DNA of 35,779 bases, from positions 1 through 35,779 of the IMG/VR virus record IMGVR_UViG_3300024420_000008, one strand, 5' to 3'. Under the pieces are notes generated by a model. The model was not told the origin of the DNA and made no database searches. It saw only the letters and a list, made by a program, of their open reading frames with translations. A program made the translations under genes and the position numbers. This stretch comes from a virus. Lineage: Duplodnaviria; Caudoviricetes. This document shows positions 28,037 through 35,028 of the stretch, in pieces (within the stretch, counting starts at the first letter, position 1; each line of letters starts with the position of its first letter).

Positions 28037-28279
28037 ATGGCAACAAATACTAACGCACTTTATGAAGCCCTTAAGGCTCAGTTTGAAGCACAGAGACAAA
28101 AGGCAATTGCAACTCTTACTGTATATTTAACTAACCCAGTAGGAATTGGAGAGCATCCACAAATCATTGATGAAATGGTTGAACAGACAAAATCATTGGC
28201 TGAAGCCGAGGATTGTTTAGAAAGACTAAAAGATACCTTCGAAGTTAACGAAACTAAATCGGAAGGTATAAATGAATAA
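28037..28279 (+). CDS. hypothetical phage protein
   Basis: 80 aa helical hairpin with YLTNPVGIGEHP. Confidence 0.75.
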   Translation: MATNTNALYEALKAQFEAQRQKAIATLTVYLTNPVGIGEHPQIIDEMVEQTKSLAEAEDCLERLKDTFEVNETKSEGINE

Positions 28280-28751
28280 AGTTATTTTAGTAGGGAAGGC
28301 TGCTGCTGGAAAAGATCATATGAGAAAGATCCTTAGCGGTCGAGGTTTTCAGTATGGAATTTCTTATACTACTCGACCGCCTAGAGAAGGTGAAATAGAC
28401 GGTAAAGATTATTTCTTTTTAACTGATGATATGTTTAAAAGAAAAATCAATCAAGGCTATTGGTATGAATGGATTGAATTCAATGGGTGGTATTATGGTA
28501 CTAGTCAAAGACAATTTACTACAAGCTGCAATCTTTTTATTATGACACCTAAAGGTATAAGTCATATAGATCCAGTTGATAGAAAAGAATGCACTATCAT
28601 ATATCTTAATGTATCAGAAGAAATCAGAAGAAAAAGATTAGAGGATAGGGAAATGCCAGGTGATTCTATTGACCGTAGGATGGAAGCAGATAATCTTGAT
28701 TTTGAAAACTTTACTGACTTCGATATAGAGATAAACAATTCTAACTTTTAA
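28272..28751 (+). CDS. gmk: guanylate kinase-like protein
   Basis: P-loop GKAAAGKD, SYTTRPPREGEIDGKDYFF, YYGT. Confidence 0.88.
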   Translation: MNKVILVGKAAAGKDHMRKILSGRGFQYGISYTTRPPREGEIDGKDYFFLTDDMFKRKINQGYWYEWIEFNGWYYGTSQRQFTTSCNLFIMTPKGISHIDPVDRKECTIIYLNVSEEIRRKRLEDREMPGDSIDRRMEADNLDFENFTDFDIEINNSNF

Positions 28752-28766
28752 CAATATAAAAATAAA
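28733..28766 (+). promoter_or_regulatory. putative middle promoter
   Basis: AAACA-N16-ATATAAAAATAAA. Confidence 0.62.
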
Positions 28767-29360
28767 ATGAGTAAATTTATTATCATAGAGGGTACTGATA
28801 ACACAGGTAAGGACACTCAACAAAATCTTATTATTGAAAAATTACATAACTTAGTTTTTCATAAACTTCATTATTCTTCATTACCTTTTAAAGATGATGT
28901 AGAAAAACATGTAAAATATTCTACACAAATGTATGATGATATGTTTAAAATGATGTTAAATAATAATGAGGATAATATTAATATGATTTTTAATAGATCT
29001 CATTTAGGTGAATCAGTTTATTCCCCACTTTATAGAGGTTACTCTGGTGATTACATATTTGATATTGAAAAGAAATATGCAGAGAAATTAAGATCTAAAT
29101 TATATCTTATTACTTTAACTAATGATCCTCATACTATTTTAAAGAGAGATGACGGTAAATCATTTTATGGTAATGAGGAAGAAGTTAAAGCTGAAATAGA
29201 CGGTTTTAATAGAGCTCATCGTTTAAGTAAGATTAAAAATAAACTTTTAATTAATATTGGTACAATGAGTGCTGAGGAAGTATCCCATATCATTATAGAT
29301 TTTTTAATGCATAAAAATTCTGTTATGGGTGAAGCTGAACAATTAAACCTTTTTGAATAA
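28767..29360 (+). CDS. thymidylate-kinase-like dNMP kinase
   Basis: FIIIEGTDNTGKDT P-loop; IFNRSHLGESVY. Confidence 0.8.
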   Translation: MSKFIIIEGTDNTGKDTQQNLIIEKLHNLVFHKLHYSSLPFKDDVEKHVKYSTQMYDDMFKMMLNNNEDNINMIFNRSHLGESVYSPLYRGYSGDYIFDIEKKYAEKLRSKLYLITLTNDPHTILKRDDGKSFYGNEEEVKAEIDGFNRAHRLSKIKNKLLINIGTMSAEEVSHIIIDFLMHKNSVMGEAEQLNLFE

Positions 29361-29527
29361 TGTGTAAAGCAGAGGATTTATTATACGAAGCACATGCAGA
29401 AGGTATAAGAGATGAGGTACTTACAGAAAGTAGAAAACTGTTAAACAAAGGCGGTAAATATACTTATATGGAATTTGCTGACCGATTAGAAATAGCATTA
29501 AAGAATATTAGAAATAAAAAGAAATGA
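29360..29527 (+). CDS. small hypothetical protein (55 aa, not in ORF track)
   Basis: TAATG and ATGA overlaps at both ends; MCKAEDLLYEAHAEGIRDEV... Confidence 0.72.
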   Translation: MCKAEDLLYEAHAEGIRDEVLTESRKLLNKGGKYTYMEFADRLEIALKNIRNKKK

Positions 29528-30432
29528 GAGTATTTAAAGGAGAGACGTTTGCCGAGGCATATAATTATGCGCTAGGTAGTGCAATACACAACCCTAATTA
29601 TGTATCTTCACCAAGAGGTATGAAGATATTTGAAATGACTGATGCAGCTATTGTTGTAGAAGATCCTACATTTTGTCTTTATGAAAATGATCGTAGGAGT
29701 AGTCAATTTAAATATATTGCAGCAGAGTTAGTCTGGTATTTCACAGGTCGTAATGATGCTGACTTTATTACACCGTATGCAAAATTCTGGGATCAAATTA
29801 AAAATAAAGACGGTTCAGTAAATTCTGCTTATGGCAATCTTATCTTTACTGAGCAATTAGAAGACGGTAGAAATCAATATCGCTGGGCGTTAGATTCTTT
29901 AATCCAAGATAAGGATTCAAGGCAGGCAATTTTACATTTTAATAAACCTTCACATCAATGGTATGGTAATAAAGATTTTGTATGCACCCTTAATGGTATA
30001 TTCCAAATAAGAGATAATAGATTAAACTTTACTGTAGATATGAGATCTAATGATCTTATCTTAGGTACTCCTACTGATGTTGCATTCTTTTGTTTATTAC
30101 AAATACAAATGTTAGAGCATCTCCGTAAATACTATCCTGAATTAGAATTAGGTACATACACTCACGTTGCACATTCATTACATTTATATGAAAGACACTT
30201 TGATCTTGTAGGTGAAATGTTAATGAAATCATTTAATCCTCAGTCATATCCAGAAATGAGAGAGTTTTTAATTGATCCAAATGGTAAAGCATTAGATGGT
30301 TTAAAACAATTAGAAGATGAAATGATCCAGAGTAATGATGTTGTATTTAAAGGTGATTCTAAATTTGAACCTCAACGTCATGATGATCTTTTACACCAAT
30401 GGATATCTGATGCAATCTTTAGGAATATATAA
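29524..30432 (+). CDS. thymidylate synthase-fold enzyme, probable dCMP hydroxymethylase/methylase (T4 gp42-like)
   Basis: SRQA, KDFVCT (catalytic Cys154), MRSNDLILGTPTD (Asp185), SLHLYERHF. Confidence 0.8.
   Translation: MRVFKGETFAEAYNYALGSAIHNPNYVSSPRGMKIFEMTDAAIVVEDPTFCLYENDRRSSQFKYIAAELVWYFTGRNDADFITPYAKFWDQIKNKDGSVNSAYGNLIFTEQLEDGRNQYRWALDSLIQDKDSRQAILHFNKPSHQWYGNKDFVCTLNGIFQIRDNRLNFTVDMRSNDLILGTPTDVAFFCLLQIQMLEHLRKYYPELELGTYTHVAHSLHLYERHFDLVGEMLMKSFNPQSYPEMREFLIDPNGKALDGLKQLEDEMIQSNDVVFKGDSKFEPQRHDDLLHQWISDAIFRNI
30423..30432 (+). promoter_or_regulatory. putative late promoter
   Basis: GAATATATAA overlapping the upstream stop codon. Confidence 0.62.
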
Positions 30433-30449
30433 ACAAATTAAATTTTGTT

Positions 30450-31742
30450 TTGAAGTATCTAAAATTATTTGAACAATTCTTAAATGAGAAAAAGCCTAAA
30501 GGGGCTCCTGACTTTCATCACTCTGATGCACCTGATGCAAATGGAAGATTTAGAGATTTATCAATTAAAGATTTGGCGGCATGGTTAATTAAAACCAGAA
30601 AGAAGGATCTTAAAAAGATTAGCGGTTCTCTTACACAGCAAATTGTATTTAACCGTAATGATGATCCTAAGTATGCTGAAAAAATGGAGAAAACCAGAAA
30701 AGAAGTTTATAAGCAATTAGGTAGAGAAGATTTATTAAAAGAATCAGTTGATAATAAAGAGTATCTTAAGAAGGTTAATTTCATATTAGCAGGAGAAAAG
30801 TTAGAAGGTCTCACTGGCAAAAACAATAAAAGAATTTACTGTAAAATAAACGATGTATGTTTAGATGAACTATTTAATTCATTTTATGCAAAGGGTGATT
30901 ATAAAAAAGAACTTGACGTTGATCCAAAATTACCTCTTATTTATTATGGCGGTAATTCAAAGGAAGGGTTAGATTTTTTAAAGAGATACAATATATCAGA
31001 GGATGTTATGTATAATTTACCAGAAGCAATGAAAGTCAGCGGTAATAAAAGTGATTTTTATAAAATGTTTGAGGATGCTGATTTTATTCCAAAGGCAGTT
31101 TATAAAAAGGAAGATGCAAAAGATTTAGAATTTCCTGTTATTGCAAAACCTGATGATGGTCATTCTGGTTTAGGTATTGAGATTTTTGATACTTATGAAG
31201 ACTTAGAAAAAAGTAAAGGTAAATTTGAAAACTATTCTGAGGCAAAAGACTTAGATAGAGAATTTAGAGTTTTACTAATGAATGAAGATCCTGTATTAGT
31301 TCATGAGAGAGTATCATTAAATGAAAATGAAATTAAAGATAAAGAAGCCGATGAACAAACTGAATTTACTTATGTAGATCAAGATATGAGTAAATTAGAT
31401 TTTATGGATAAAGTAAATGACATCTGTAAAAAAGTTAGAGAGAAATTAAAACTTGGGCTTTGGTCAATTGATTTAATGATTGATAAGAGTGGAGATTGTT
31501 GGGTTGCCGAAATTAACTCAGCATCTGGTATGGCAGCAGATAAAATGGCAAGAGTATATGTTAAAGTATATGAAGATTTTTACAAGGAAAAATTACCACA
31601 AGAATTTAAGACTTATCTAAATGAAGAATACATTAAGCCTATTTATAAAATTAATCTTAAAGAAAATGAGGATCAAATTAAAAGATCTAAATGTAGTGTT
31701 AACTATCAAGACGTTATAGATGGTAAAGAAAAGATACTTTAA
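30450..31742 (+). CDS. RimK-like ATP-grasp ligase with N-terminal extension
   Basis: TTG start; NKSDFY, FIPKA, FPVIAKPDDGHSGLGI, REFRV, SIDLMID, WVAEINSASG. Confidence 0.82.
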   Translation: MKYLKLFEQFLNEKKPKGAPDFHHSDAPDANGRFRDLSIKDLAAWLIKTRKKDLKKISGSLTQQIVFNRNDDPKYAEKMEKTRKEVYKQLGREDLLKESVDNKEYLKKVNFILAGEKLEGLTGKNNKRIYCKINDVCLDELFNSFYAKGDYKKELDVDPKLPLIYYGGNSKEGLDFLKRYNISEDVMYNLPEAMKVSGNKSDFYKMFEDADFIPKAVYKKEDAKDLEFPVIAKPDDGHSGLGIEIFDTYEDLEKSKGKFENYSEAKDLDREFRVLLMNEDPVLVHERVSLNENEIKDKEADEQTEFTYVDQDMSKLDFMDKVNDICKKVREKLKLGLWSIDLMIDKSGDCWVAEINSASGMAADKMARVYVKVYEDFYKEKLPQEFKTYLNEEYIKPIYKINLKENEDQIKRSKCSVNYQDVIDGKEKIL

Positions 31743-31743
31743 A

Positions 31744-31803
31744 AGAAAAAAGTTCTTAATTAATTTTCAGTTCCCAATTATTTGTATTATATTTGTATTA
31801 TAA
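31744..31803 (+). repeat. 60-bp dispersed intergenic repeat, copy 2 (putative early promoter)
   Basis: Matches 22830-22889; contains TATATTTG (31788-31795), fitting the Bacteroidota -7 box TAnnTTTG. Confidence 0.8.
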
Positions 31804-31827
31804 CAGTTAATCTGTAAATAAAAACAT

Positions 31828-32370
31828 ATGCTTAAAGATTTAGAAATTCCTAATGATTTTTTTATAACATCTGATACCTGGTTTGGTAGACCGCAGATTT
31901 TACAAATCGCAAATCGTTTACAATTTAAAGATATTGATGATATGAATTCTCAATTGATAAAAAATTGGAACAAAAAGGTAAAGAAGAATGATATAGTATT
32001 TCATTTAGGTAATTTTGCGTGGGATCCACAAACTGCTAGGCAAGTTCTAAAGAAACTCAACGGTCAAATCTATTTTATGATAGGTAGTGCTGATGAGGCT
32101 TTTTTAGATGTTCAACATGAATTTGATAATATTTCAATTTTAGAAGATCAAATTTTAGAATTACCACAATTTGATTCTGTGATTTGCCATTACCCATTAG
32201 AGGTATGGGATGGTAAAGATTCAGGTACTATTCATTTTCATGGTCATACTGTATTCTCTCATAAAACAGATTTATCTGCAATGAATAGAATTAATGTATG
32301 TACAGATTTTTGGGGTTATGCACCAATTAAATTTTCAACTATTAAAGATTTTATAAATGAGAAAAACTAA
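31828..32370 (+). CDS. calcineurin-like metallophosphoesterase homolog with degenerate motifs
   Basis: TSDTWFG, MN..LI.NWN..V...D.VFHLGNF, IGSAD, CHYP, HFHGHT. Confidence 0.8.
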   Translation: MLKDLEIPNDFFITSDTWFGRPQILQIANRLQFKDIDDMNSQLIKNWNKKVKKNDIVFHLGNFAWDPQTARQVLKKLNGQIYFMIGSADEAFLDVQHEFDNISILEDQILELPQFDSVICHYPLEVWDGKDSGTIHFHGHTVFSHKTDLSAMNRINVCTDFWGYAPIKFSTIKDFINEKN

Positions 32371-32995
32371 AAAGACCTATAAGGAATTAGCATTAGAGTT
32401 TAAAAAGACAAGATCCGAAAAAACTTACAATGAACTTTATCATAAAATGAGACCAGGATTATGGTCATATATTAATAACATTGTAAAGGATCCTATTATT
32501 GCTGATGATATTGCATCAACTACATTAACCACAGTATATCTTAAAATTGATCAATACAACGAGGATTACCAAATTACAACATGGGCATATCGCATTGCAT
32601 ATAATGAATGTATAGGTTGGATTAGATTTAGAAATAAGAAAATTAGTATGAATGTTTTCACTGATGCAGGTGTAGAGCCACCAATGGAATCTTCATTACC
32701 ATCAATGAAAGATGGGTTACATTTACCTAAAACTGAAACTGACTGGGAAGATGAACAGAATGTATTAGATGAACAAGTAAGATTAACACATGAGGCAATT
32801 AATGCATTACCTCCTATGTATAAAAGATATATGGTAGAACGGTTTCTTAATCATAAATCTTATTCTGATATTTTAGAAATAATGTTAGAGTTTGAAAAAG
32901 GAATAAATCTACAAACAGTTAAGAATAGAATATTCAGAGGGAGGAAAATAGTTAAAAAACAGCTCGAAGGGATGAAACTATTTGCTGAAGTCTAA
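32357..32995 (+). CDS. RNA polymerase sigma factor (ECF-like, regions 2 and 4)
   Basis: ADDIAS...KIDQYN...ITTWAYRIAYN; AINALPP...SYSDI...TVKNRIFRGRK. Confidence 0.88.
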   Translation: MRKTKKTYKELALEFKKTRSEKTYNELYHKMRPGLWSYINNIVKDPIIADDIASTTLTTVYLKIDQYNEDYQITTWAYRIAYNECIGWIRFRNKKISMNVFTDAGVEPPMESSLPSMKDGLHLPKTETDWEDEQNVLDEQVRLTHEAINALPPMYKRYMVERFLNHKSYSDILEIMLEFEKGINLQTVKNRIFRGRKIVKKQLEGMKLFAEV

Positions 32996-33003
32996 ATAGA
33001 TAA
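32994..33003 (+). promoter_or_regulatory. possible late promoter
   Basis: AAATAGATAA, identical to 228-237. Confidence 0.45.
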
Positions 33004-33017
33004 TAAACAAACAAATT

Positions 33018-33470
33018 ATGTACATAAGTAAACTTTATAAAGAACTCAATATTTGGCGAAAAATAAGAAAGATTGCTAAATCTGAGGAAGAAGCTTTAAA
33101 TGAAAAAGGCTTTAGAGTAGATTGGATTGGTAGAATTTATACCGTCATTAATTTACCGGAGGAAGTAGCAACTGCTCCAATTTCACAAGAAGGTTATGTG
33201 TTAATGAAGCTAAGAGAACATGATCAATTTTTATTACAATTAGGTATTGCTGATTATGTATCACCAGAATTCAGTAAAATAGAAGGTACTGATTCTTTTC
33301 TCTTGGTCTTATCAGCAGATAGAGATTATTTTAAGCTTTGGCCATTTTTAGTATCTATGGCTAAAACTACAGGTCTAATTTTAATTTTAAGAATTGTTTA
33401 TCTTATCTTTACCCATAACCAAGAAAAAATTACAGAGCTATGGAACAAACTGATGACCCTAATATTTTAA
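33018..33470 (+). CDS. hypothetical protein with C-terminal hydrophobic segment
   Basis: 150 aa; RVDWIGRIYTVINLPEE; TM-like GLILILRIVYLIF. Confidence 0.7.
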   Translation: MYISKLYKELNIWRKIRKIAKSEEEALNEKGFRVDWIGRIYTVINLPEEVATAPISQEGYVLMKLREHDQFLLQLGIADYVSPEFSKIEGTDSFLLVLSADRDYFKLWPFLVSMAKTTGLILILRIVYLIFTHNQEKITELWNKLMTLIF

Positions 33471-33673
33471 GAAAACAGGTTGAAGGAATTGAAAAGGAAG
33501 TAAAAAATCTTGAAAAAGAAAAGGAAGAAATACAAAATGATTGTAAACATAAAGGAGATACCTTTGTGCAATTTGACGAATCAAATTCTATGAAAAAATA
33601 TTGCTCTATTTGTAAACGGGAATTAGGTTATCCTACACAAGAAGAGTCAGATAAATTTCTAGGTAAAAAATAA
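33440..33673 (+). CDS. small coiled-coil / Zn-binding hypothetical protein
   Basis: 77 aa; CKH...CSIC. Confidence 0.65.
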   Translation: MEQTDDPNILRKQVEGIEKEVKNLEKEKEEIQNDCKHKGDTFVQFDESNSMKKYCSICKRELGYPTQEESDKFLGKK

Positions 33674-33677
33674 TAAC

Positions 33678-34427
33678 ATGGCAACAGCCGAATCACTAGC
33701 AACTACCGAAACTATAAATGGTAAAAGATACTATAATATAGGTGAAGGTAAAAAATACCCATCGGTAACAACTATCCTTGGGGCAATGACAGATAAATCT
33801 GGAATTGATAAATGGAGAAAACGAGTAGGAGAAGAGGAGGCTGATAGAATTTCTAAGTTCTCTGCAAACCGAGGAACTGTGATGCATCAGTTCTGTGAAT
33901 ATTTTTTAGGTTCAAAAAAGGAAACTATTAGAGAAAAACTAATGGAGGCTCAAACATTAATAGGCCCTTTTGCTAAAGATAATAGTTTTACTGATGATGA
34001 GGTAAATGTAGGTAGAAAGCTTTTCTTTAATTTTTATAATAATGAATGTTTTGATAGGATAGCTAAAGTAGTATCCATAGAAGATACATTACATTCACCT
34101 CAGATGGGTGGTTATGCAGGTAGAGTTGATATTATTTATGAGAATGCTAAAGCTCATCTAATCGTCTTAGATTTTAAATCTTCAAAGAAACCTAAAAGAG
34201 AAGATTGGATTGAAAATTATAAAATGCAAATTGCTGCATATTCTCTGGCTTACTGGGAAATGAATGGCGTAAAACCTAAAGGTGGAGAAATATGGATAAG
34301 TAATGAAGCTGATGCGTTTCCGCAGGTTTTTGAAATGTCATTTGATGATATATCTTTTTATGGTAAGAAGTTCTTAAAGTTAGTAAAAGAATTTCATGAA
34401 AAGTATCCATTAACCGAGAATATATAA
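33678..34427 (+). CDS. PD-(D/E)xK exonuclease
   Basis: YPSVTTIL, RGTVMH, AGRVD, LDFKSS, QIAAY. Confidence 0.88.
   Translation: MATAESLATTETINGKRYYNIGEGKKYPSVTTILGAMTDKSGIDKWRKRVGEEEADRISKFSANRGTVMHQFCEYFLGSKKETIREKLMEAQTLIGPFAKDNSFTDDEVNVGRKLFFNFYNNECFDRIAKVVSIEDTLHSPQMGGYAGRVDIIYENAKAHLIVLDFKSSKKPKREDWIENYKMQIAAYSLAYWEMNGVKPKGGEIWISNEADAFPQVFEMSFDDISFYGKKFLKLVKEFHEKYPLTENI
34418..34427 (+). promoter_or_regulatory. putative late promoter
   Basis: GAATATATAA overlapping the upstream stop codon. Confidence 0.62.
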
Positions 34428-34445
34428 AAAAAGATTAGTATATCA

Positions 34446-34733
34446 ATGGCAATAAAATCATTTAAAGATTTTGTAAACGAAGAATTAGATCATGTTAGAC
34501 ATAAAAAGGTTAAGCATGTAGAAGATCACGATCCAGAAGAAGGTAAGAATAAAGAAGCAGAAGAAAGGGCCGAAGAATATTTACAAGATGTTGAAGAAGA
34601 ATGTCCTAGGTGTGGTGAACATGTAGAAGATTGTCAGTGTGAAGAAGATGATCCTTGGTCAACTCAAAATTATCATAGAGTACCAAAAGGAGAAGAAGAA
34701 AAAGCAAAACCAAAACAAGAATTTAAAAAATAA
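34446..34733 (+). CDS. small acidic protein with Cys cluster, putative internal head protein
   Basis: N-terminus MAIKSFKDFVNE; CPRCGEHVEDCQC. Confidence 0.65.
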   Translation: MAIKSFKDFVNEELDHVRHKKVKHVEDHDPEEGKNKEAEERAEEYLQDVEEECPRCGEHVEDCQCEEDDPWSTQNYHRVPKGEEEKAKPKQEFKK

Positions 34734-34737
34734 AACA

Positions 34738-35025
34738 ATGAGTAAATTTAACAAATTTTTTGCAGATCATGGAATTAAGATAGTTTTAGTTTTAGTACTA
34801 TTAAGTTATTTTAAATCATGTAGTATTGATTCAGAAGTAGAAAGAATCAAAAAAGAACAACGAATTTTAACTACAGAGATTGATACATTATCATCTCAAA
34901 TAGTAAATGAGGAGGAAATGATCTTTTTGATCAAAACTGTTCCTGCTTGGAAAACTCTAAGAATTGAAGAAATTTCTGATAAAGAAAGAATCTCTATCAA
35001 TGCATTAGAAGAAAAAGAAGACTAA
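34738..35025 (+). CDS. membrane-anchored coiled-coil protein
   Basis: ATG at 34738 preferred; IKIVLVLVLLSYFKSC followed by a coiled coil. Confidence 0.6.
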   Translation: MSKFNKFFADHGIKIVLVLVLLSYFKSCSIDSEVERIKKEQRILTTEIDTLSSQIVNEEEMIFLIKTVPAWKTLRIEEISDKERISINALEEKED

Positions 35026-35028
35026 TGA

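Noticed and set aside
29345-29375. Additional AAACC middle promoter
   Set aside because: AAACCTTTT is present but there is no ATATAAA box at the expected spacing.
29524-30432. Plain thyA call
   Set aside because: Asp replaces the dUMP-specifying Asn, and the DFVCT/RSND motifs look gp42-like.
108-33887. Short minus-strand and alternate-frame ORFs in the track (e.g. 108..359, 2630..2818, 4433..4678, 6483..6695, 13537..13827, 20026..20565, 26653..26958)
   Set aside because: They are shadows of well-supported genes and show no motifs or plausible expression signals.
33678-34427. Cas4 / CRISPR association
   Set aside because: No Fe-S Cys pattern, no array and no other cas genes; it is an ordinary phage PD-(D/E)xK nuclease.
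34738-35025. Spanin or lipoprotein call
   Set aside because: The lipobox is poor (FKSC) and no partner spanin or endolysin lies nearby; left as a membrane protein.
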